A DNA stretch of 64,000 nucleotides from Planctomycetota bacterium. GTDB taxonomy: Bacteria > Planctomycetota > UBA1135 > UBA2386. The first letter of the stretch is position 1. Each line of letters opens with the position of its first letter. The DNA is taken from NCBI GenBank assembly GCA_046290465.1, contig JBKAGP010000001.1:4992001-5056000 (forward strand), read 5' to 3'. The notes under the pieces were generated by a model. That model did no database searches. It saw only the letters and a program-made list of their open reading frames with translations, and was not told where the DNA came from. The position numbers were made by a program, and so were the translations under genes. Shown piece by piece: positions 55,417 to 64,000 of the stretch.

Positions 55417-56319
55417 ATGGACGCCGAACACCGACAGAGCCTCGCACAGATCGCAGACATCGCGCGACGGCACAGCGAACCCGGGGTCCAGGACACGCTG
55501 GTGCCGCGCCTTCGCCTGTTCCGCGCCGACGAGCCATCGGTGCCGACGCCCAACGTCTACGACCCGATGTACTGCCTCGTCGTCGCCGGCAGCAAGCGCG
55601 GCTACCTCGGCGGCGAGACGGTCGAGTACCGCACCGGGGACTCGCTGCTGGTGACCGTCGACCTGCCGGTCGTCGGGCAGATCCTCGAGGCGGCGCCCGA
55701 GCGTCCGTACCTGGCGATGTCGTTGATGCTCGACCGGCCGACGCTGGCCGCGGTCCTGCTCGAGTGCGAGGCGGCTGCGCGCGGCGGCGACGAGCGCTGT
55801 GGGTTCCGTGTCGGTCGGGCATCCCTCGACGTCGTCGACGCCGCGCTGCGGCTGGTGCGGCTGCTGGATCGTCCCGAGGACATCGCCGTGCTGGCGCCGT
55901 TGATCGAACGCGAACTGCTCTACCGGCTGCTGACCTCGCCCGCCGGCGTGGCGCTGCGCGAGATCGCCCGCGGCGACAGCCGTGTCGCGCAGGTGACGCG
56001 CGCGGTCACGTGGCTGCGCGACCACCACGCCAGCGAATACAACGCCAACGAGCTGGCGCAGCGCGCCCACATGAGCGTGTCGTCGCTCAACCGCCACTTC
56101 CGCGCGATGACCGGGATGAGCCCGCTCGAGTTCCAGAAGCACGTGCGCCTGCTCGAGGCGCGCCGGCTGCTGCTGGTCAGCGCGACCGACGTCGGCGGGG
56201 TCGGTCGCGCCGTCGGCTACGGCAGCGTGTCGCAGTTCTCGCGGGAGTACCGCAGGCTGTTCGGCGAGCCGCCGGGGCGCGACGCGCAGCAGCTGAGGCG
56301 TTCGTTGCCGGCCGACTGA
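55417..56319 (+). CDS. AraC family regulator (AraC_N type), divergent from the SDR gene
   Basis: VDLPV, ERELLYRLL, MSPLEFQK, VGYGSVSQFSREYRRLFG.PP. Confidence 0.92.
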   Translation: MDAEHRQSLAQIADIARRHSEPGVQDTLVPRLRLFRADEPSVPTPNVYDPMYCLVVAGSKRGYLGGETVEYRTGDSLLVTVDLPVVGQILEAAPERPYLAMSLMLDRPTLAAVLLECEAAARGGDERCGFRVGRASLDVVDAALRLVRLLDRPEDIAVLAPLIERELLYRLLTSPAGVALREIARGDSRVAQVTRAVTWLRDHHASEYNANELAQRAHMSVSSLNRHFRAMTGMSPLEFQKHVRLLEARRLLLVSATDVGGVGRAVGYGSVSQFSREYRRLFGEPPGRDAQQLRRSLPAD

Positions 56320-56549
56320 ACGTGCGGTGCGGCGGTCGGCCCGCGTCTCGGCCTGATGGCGTGTTGGCAAGGCGCGCAGGTCGCATCCTTCCCCAGCGCG
56401 CAATTGTGCAGGTCGACTTCCGCTTCGGCCGGTCGGCACCGCCATATCGGCTCGTGCCCGCGAGCTGTTCGCAGGCACCGCCGACCGCGCCGGCGAACCC
56501 GCAGCGCCAACTGGAAGACGCGGCATCGAACATGCCGCGCGGAGACCCC

Positions 56550-58451
56550 ATGACCCGTATCCACCGATCTGTTTCGAAGCGACCCGCTTCCAATCTGGCC
56601 GTTTCCAACCTGGCCTGGCGCGTCGCGCCGGCGCTCGCGCTGGCGGCGTTCGCGACCCACGCGGCAGCACAAGGCCAGCCCGTGACCTCCAACTCGACCC
56701 GCGCCGGCCTGTCGGTCCGCGAACTGGTCGAAGGCATGACGACCGCGGCCAACGGCACGCCACTGATGCGCGTCGAGGCCGCGCCGACGTCGACCTACAT
56801 GATGCTGATCCAGTGGGGGCAGCCGTTCGCGGCTGGCACGCCGTCGCTGGTCGATCTGAGTGACATGCTGCCGCCCGCGTTCGGGCCGGTCGGCGTGCAG
56901 AACGCGCAGCAGTTCCAGGGGCTGGTCGACGCCAACGGTGGCAACGTCGGCACGATCCCGGCGGCGGGCTTCCAGGAGTTGAACCTCGCCGCGCCGGTTC
57001 CGACGGGCATCACGGGATTTCTGCTCGCCGTCGAGCTGCAGGCGCTGATGTTCCTGCCGACCGGTGAGTCGCAGTGGAGCAACTCGCAGGTGCGCGCCGT
57101 GCAGGAGCCGCCGCCGCCGCTCGGCTTCACCGGGTCGGTGCCGTTGCCGCAGAGTGCGGGCATCGATTGGGACGACATCGAACAGGGCGACGTCGACGGC
57201 GACGGCGACCTCGACATCATCGCGCTGCGGCGCGGTTCGTTCCTCGACGACGTGCAGCTGTGGCTCGCCGTCGATGCTGGCTACGTCGGCCCGACCGTGC
57301 TGGCGCAGTCGCCGCCGGCGGCCGGGACCGCGACGTCCGCCGAGCTGTTCGACTACGACAACGACGGCTTCCTCGACCTCGCCGTCGCGTTCTTCGGCAA
57401 CGCCGGCAACAACTACGTGCAGCTCTGGCACAACGACGGCCTCACCGGGACGAACTGGAACGGCTTCACCGCGATCGACAACGCGCGCATCCAGATGGAC
57501 CCGCAGTTCGGCCGCGCCGATCCGGCGGACCTCGAGACTGCGGACGTCGACGGCGACGGCGATCTCGACATCTTCGTGGCGTGCGCGTTCGACCCGCTGG
57601 TCGGCCAGCAGAACCGCCTGCTGCTCAACCAGAACGGCCCGCTCGGCCCTGACCCGCAGGGGATCCCGATCTTCACGCTGTTCGCGGAAGCCACGGCGGC
57701 CAACCTGCCGGCGATCGTCGACGACACCGAGGACGCCGAGTTCTTCGACTTCGATGGCGACGGCGACATGGACCTGGTCGTGGCCGCGCTCGACGGTCCG
57801 CCGGCCAGCGCGACCAGCTTCGGCCCCGGGGTCGACTACGTGATGATCAACGACGGCACCGGCGTGTTCACGGCGCCCGGCCTCGGCGGCACGCTGCCGG
57901 CCAACCCGATCCCTGCGGTCGACGACGAGTCGGCGGACGTCGTCGTGTTCGACATGGATGGCGACGGCTTCCCGGACCTGTACTTCGGCAACTGGATTGG
58001 CACGAGCTTCGCCGGTGGCGGCATCGTCTACGGCGCTCCGCTGCCGGACCGGCTGCTGCGTCACGACGGGGTCGGCGCCTACCAGGACCTGTCGCCGCTG
58101 CTGGCCCTGCCCAACCGCAGCGCGACGGACTGTGAGGTCGCCGACTTCGATCTCGACGGCGACCTCGACGTGATCGTCGGAGCCGGCTCGCTGACCCGGA
58201 CCATGTCGCCGTTCACGACGGGGATCACGGTCATCGTCAACCCCGGTGACCTGGTGTCGCCGTGGACCCAGGTCGTCGTGCCGGGCGGCAACGGGCTCGA
58301 CGTGCGTGACCTGGAGCCGGGGGACTTCCAGCGCTTCAGCGATCCCAACAGCGGCGGCGACGTGTTCTTCAACCAGGCCCGTTGGTTCGATCTCGACGTG
58401 GGCATCGCCCCGCTCGGCGGTGCCGGCCTGTCGTCGTTGAACCGCAACTGA
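56550..58451 (+). CDS. Secreted FG-GAP/VCBS repeat protein
   Basis: GGAG RBS; signal peptide ending AAAQ; six DxDGDGxxD-type motifs. Confidence 0.88.
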   Translation: MTRIHRSVSKRPASNLAVSNLAWRVAPALALAAFATHAAAQGQPVTSNSTRAGLSVRELVEGMTTAANGTPLMRVEAAPTSTYMMLIQWGQPFAAGTPSLVDLSDMLPPAFGPVGVQNAQQFQGLVDANGGNVGTIPAAGFQELNLAAPVPTGITGFLLAVELQALMFLPTGESQWSNSQVRAVQEPPPPLGFTGSVPLPQSAGIDWDDIEQGDVDGDGDLDIIALRRGSFLDDVQLWLAVDAGYVGPTVLAQSPPAAGTATSAELFDYDNDGFLDLAVAFFGNAGNNYVQLWHNDGLTGTNWNGFTAIDNARIQMDPQFGRADPADLETADVDGDGDLDIFVACAFDPLVGQQNRLLLNQNGPLGPDPQGIPIFTLFAEATAANLPAIVDDTEDAEFFDFDGDGDMDLVVAALDGPPASATSFGPGVDYVMINDGTGVFTAPGLGGTLPANPIPAVDDESADVVVFDMDGDGFPDLYFGNWIGTSFAGGGIVYGAPLPDRLLRHDGVGAYQDLSPLLALPNRSATDCEVADFDLDGDLDVIVGAGSLTRTMSPFTTGITVIVNPGDLVSPWTQVVVPGGNGLDVRDLEPGDFQRFSDPNSGGDVFFNQARWFDLDVGIAPLGGAGLSSLNRN

Positions 58452-58604
58452 GATGGGCCCCGGCAACCTGTCCCGTTGTTTCCGAACGGGATAGAGTGCA
58501 GCGCCAGCACGGCCGACCGCCCTCGGCGCCGCGATTTTTTCGTGGGAACCACTTCCGGTCGGCTGCCCGGATTCCGCCAGTTCCGGACGGTGTCCCTGCT
58601 CGCC

Positions 58605-59197
58605 ATGACCACTCCCGCATCGCAACCCCCGGATCCCGGGGCCAGCCGCCGCGAACTGGCGGCGCTCTGCCAGCGCCACTATCCGGCGGTCTACGATCGG
58701 GTGCACCGGCTGCTGGCGCGCGACATCCGGCGCGGCCGGCCGTGGCTGTCGGCGATGCTCAGCACCGGCGACCTGGTGCACGAGGTGTTCCTCGGCGTGG
58801 TGCGCGACTTCGACGGCTTCCGCGGCGACGGCGACGAGCAGTTCGTCGCCTACCTCGCGCGGCTGACGCGCAACCGATTGATCGATTCGGTGCGCTACCA
58901 CGAGGCCGAACGTCGCGATTCGCGGCGCGGCCAGGTGCTGGATCCCGAGGCGTGCCACGACGCGCCGTCGCCGGTGACCGTCAGCATGCAGCGCGAGGAG
59001 GTCGAGCGGGTGTTCGCGATCCTGGCGACGTTCCCCGAGCGCGACCGCGCGCTGCTGCGCGGGCGCATCGACGACGGCGAGACCTTCGCCGAACTGGCCA
59101 GCGCGCTCGGCTACGCCTCGGCGGACTCGGCGCGCAAGTCGTTTCGGACCCTGCAGGCCCGCCTGCTGGCGCGGCTGCAGCTCGAGGAGGGACAAGG

Positions 59198-59201
<4 letters not shown>
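58605..59201 (+). CDS. ECF sigma factor of the kinase-associated type
   Basis: DLVHEVF…FRGD…FVAYLARLTRNRLID; region 4 TFAELASALG; GTGA overlap with the kinase gene. Confidence 0.8.
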
Positions 59202-61675
<2,474 letters not shown>

Positions 61676-61785
61676 ACGGCTGCTCGTCGACCGATTCCCC
61701 ATTCCCCTCCGATCACGGTCCCTGGTTCACGATCCTCGGATCACGATCACCCTGCCCCCGACTCGCCAAACGACGGATCGAACCC

Positions 61786-63378
61786 ATGAACCTCCTGCTC
61801 CCCTCCTTCGCAATCTCCGCGCTCGCCGCGTCGCTCTGTGCCCAGGGCGGAACGGCCGTCACGGTCACGACGTCGCCGCGCGGTGTCATGGCCGGGAACG
61901 AACTCGCGTTCGTCTACGACGGTCCCGATGGCGTGCATACACGCAAGAGCATCGTGCGCAAGCGCGCCGGTATCCCGGCGACCCTGACGACCTACGCCGG
62001 CACCGGCTCGACGAGCGTGCCCGAATACACCAACACGGCAATCAACACCTGGCTCAACGCGCAGCCGGGCGTGAGTGGTGCGGACGTCGAGATGGACGCC
62101 CTGTCCTCGGGCAACGGCTTCGCGCCGCTGCTGGGTTACAGCGGCACGTCGTCGCCGATCCCCAGCATCGCGACCATCAATCCAGCGGCCGCTGAGCAGA
62201 GCTGGGTCGGTATGTACGTCTCGTTCAAGGCCGGCTCGATCGTGGGCCCGTTCCAGGACGACGAGCTCTACAACTCGCACATCTACGGCCTGGGATCGCT
62301 CGGCGGCAGCGAGGTCATCGGCTACGTGCTCGACGGCTCACGCACCAACACCCAGCTGGTCGGGGACCTGTACCTCGAACACTCCAACGCGTCGGGCGAC
62401 TTCCTCAACGGCGGTTCGGTGCCGGCGTCGTCGACCATGGACATGATCGCGATGGATGCCGCGATCGCCGACGTCGTCAACACGGGCGGCACCGTGCAGC
62501 CGAGCATCGCCCAAGAGGTCAGCAAGCTGTACTTCTCGGTCAGCCCGCAGTGCGCGGCTCTGTGGACCGCGAACGCGTCGCTGCGCGCCGCGGTGAACGC
62601 TGGCCCCAGCATCGGGGCATCGACGATCTTCGTCGCGACGTTCTCGAACGGGGTCGTCGAGGACATCGAGGTGCACCTCACGCACGCCCAGGTCGCGGGG
62701 TCGAATGCGCCGGACGCCAACCTCGACGCGTTGTCGGTCGTCAACGTCAACGGGCAGAGCGCGTCACCGCTGTACTGCATCGTGTCGTTCGAAGGCAATG
62801 CGATGGGCAACCAGATCCAGGCGCTGTTTCCGTATGGCACGGCGGCGCCGCAGCGCGCGCCCATGCAGACGATCTACGGCGTCAGCCTGGACCTGATCTT
62901 TGCGGTCGCGACCGGCGACATCGACGCGATCTGCGTTCGCGATCCGGAAGGCGCGACCAACATCCCGATGGCGCATGCCGTTGCCTATGACGACGGGGTC
63001 AGCGCGACGCGCATGGGCCTCAGCGTGGCGCGGGAGCCGGCGGGCTTCACGACTCCCGGCAGCAATCCGCCGATCCCGCTCGCGTGCACGGTGTCGGGTT
63101 GGGGATCGGGTGGCTCGGGTGCGGCGACCTACGTGTTCATCGTCACCAATTCGGCGGCCTGGGTTCCGCCCGGTCCGACCCTGCCCAATGGGGGGTGGAG
63201 CGCTGCTACCTCGCCCCAGGTGTACGGTCCGTTCTGGCGCGCAGCGGGTCAGGAGGTGATCACGGCGCAGATCACGCATCCGGCGCTCGGAGGCTACATC
63301 CTCGAGCTTCAGGCCGGGTCGACGCTGACGGACATGACGCCGTTGGCTGATTCTTGGCCGGTGCTCATCGAGTTGTAG
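61786..63378 (+). CDS. Secreted hypothetical protein (530 aa)
   Basis: Signal peptide ending LCAQ; repeated (M/L/I)DA(L/I) motifs; Ser/Thr/Gly-rich. Confidence 0.8.
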   Translation: MNLLLPSFAISALAASLCAQGGTAVTVTTSPRGVMAGNELAFVYDGPDGVHTRKSIVRKRAGIPATLTTYAGTGSTSVPEYTNTAINTWLNAQPGVSGADVEMDALSSGNGFAPLLGYSGTSSPIPSIATINPAAAEQSWVGMYVSFKAGSIVGPFQDDELYNSHIYGLGSLGGSEVIGYVLDGSRTNTQLVGDLYLEHSNASGDFLNGGSVPASSTMDMIAMDAAIADVVNTGGTVQPSIAQEVSKLYFSVSPQCAALWTANASLRAAVNAGPSIGASTIFVATFSNGVVEDIEVHLTHAQVAGSNAPDANLDALSVVNVNGQSASPLYCIVSFEGNAMGNQIQALFPYGTAAPQRAPMQTIYGVSLDLIFAVATGDIDAICVRDPEGATNIPMAHAVAYDDGVSATRMGLSVAREPAGFTTPGSNPPIPLACTVSGWGSGGSGAATYVFIVTNSAAWVPPGPTLPNGGWSAATSPQVYGPFWRAAGQEVITAQITHPALGGYILELQAGSTLTDMTPLADSWPVLIEL

Positions 63379-63408
63379 GGGCGGGTTTTTGCACTGGCTA
63401 CATCTGCG

Positions 63409-63687
63409 CTACGTCTTGGGCGGGTACCCAGATTGCAGGTGGATGCTCGCCACTTCAGCGAAGTTGACGCTGACGATGCTGTGGTTGAGGTGGTAGTTCT
63501 CGGTCGTTTGCGTGCCGTTCTCGATGTAGCGCGCGAAGTCGTTCACGAGCACGATCGCACCTCCGCCCGAGGGCTGATTGTAAAGGGCTGGCATCGGACC
63601 GATCGTGGCTCCGCCCTTGAATGCGATGAAGACGCTGTGCGTGGGGTCAACGGTGAGAACCTCGACTTCTTCATGAGCTTCCTTCAT
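63409..63687 (-). CDS. Small hypothetical protein (92 aa)
   Basis: ORF with natural amino-acid composition in a lower-GC segment; no recognised motif. Confidence 0.5.
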   Translation of the reverse strand: MKEAHEEVEVLTVDPTHSVFIAFKGGATIGPMPALYNQPSGGGAIVLVNDFARYIENGTQTTENYHLNHSIVSVNFAEVASIHLQSGYPPKT

Positions 63688-63866
63688 GCCGGGGATGCTA
63701 CTTGGTTCCTTCTACACTCGCACACGACGGTTCCGCGCGGTCCAGCAGTCGCGCCAGCTGGTCGCGCAGCGACCCGTTTAAGTGTGGTTGAGGAGCACCC
63801 TGTGTTGGTAGTGCAGCATGCGTTCAGGCGCACGCGGGCAAATTACAGAACGCATGCTGCACTACC

Positions 63867-63998
63867 TCACGCTGAGACGTTGGGCGACGCGGACCCGAAA
63901 GCCTTGACGAGTATGTTCCTGGTCAGCGTCTCCCAAGCACCGTAGTCGTCACTGGTAAGTGACGGGCGGCTGAGCAGGTCTTCAGCCTTCGCGATCTG
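63867..63998 (-). CDS. 3' end of a gene or gene fragment entering from beyond the window
   Basis: Open frame QIAKAEDLLSRPSLTSDDYGAWETLTRNILVKAFGSASPNVSA*. Confidence 0.45.
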   Translation of the reverse strand, partial: QIAKAEDLLSRPSLTSDDYGAWETLTRNILVKAFGSASPNVSA

Positions 63999-64000
63999 AT

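Overview
Very GC-rich, gene-dense bacterial chromosomal window with about 50 protein-coding genes. I found no rRNA, tRNA, CRISPR array or intact transposase. Many secreted proteins with '...AQ' signal peptides, an ECF sigma factor coupled to a Ser/Thr kinase, a sulfatase and FG-GAP/Kelch proteins suggest a Planctomycetota-like organism (inference only). The main feature is a ~10 kb operon (10083-20274) behind a candidate sigma-54 promoter. It encodes a lipoprotein, a membrane-anchored ferredoxin/NAD(P)H-flavin/cytochrome-b-like fusion, a 23-heme cytochrome, an outer-membrane beta-barrel, and 7-heme and 11-heme lipoprotein cytochromes. Together these could form a complete NAD(P)H-to-cell-surface electron conduit, and an H-NOX signalling operon lies just upstream. 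Other notable items: (1) a promoter- and terminator-bounded ~180-200 nt structured RNA upstream of a PduO-type adenosyltransferase, either 6S-like or riboswitch-like; (2) a eukaryote-Dus3-like dihydrouridine synthase; (3) a BlaI/M56 pair with tandem operators and a repeat-built sensor domain; (4) a histidine pseudokinase; (5) a +1 frameshift that fuses two glycosyltransferases; (6) a domain apparently shared by four secreted proteins; (7) several intergenic palindromes and tandem repeats. All protein calls come from motif recognition by eye; no database searches were run.
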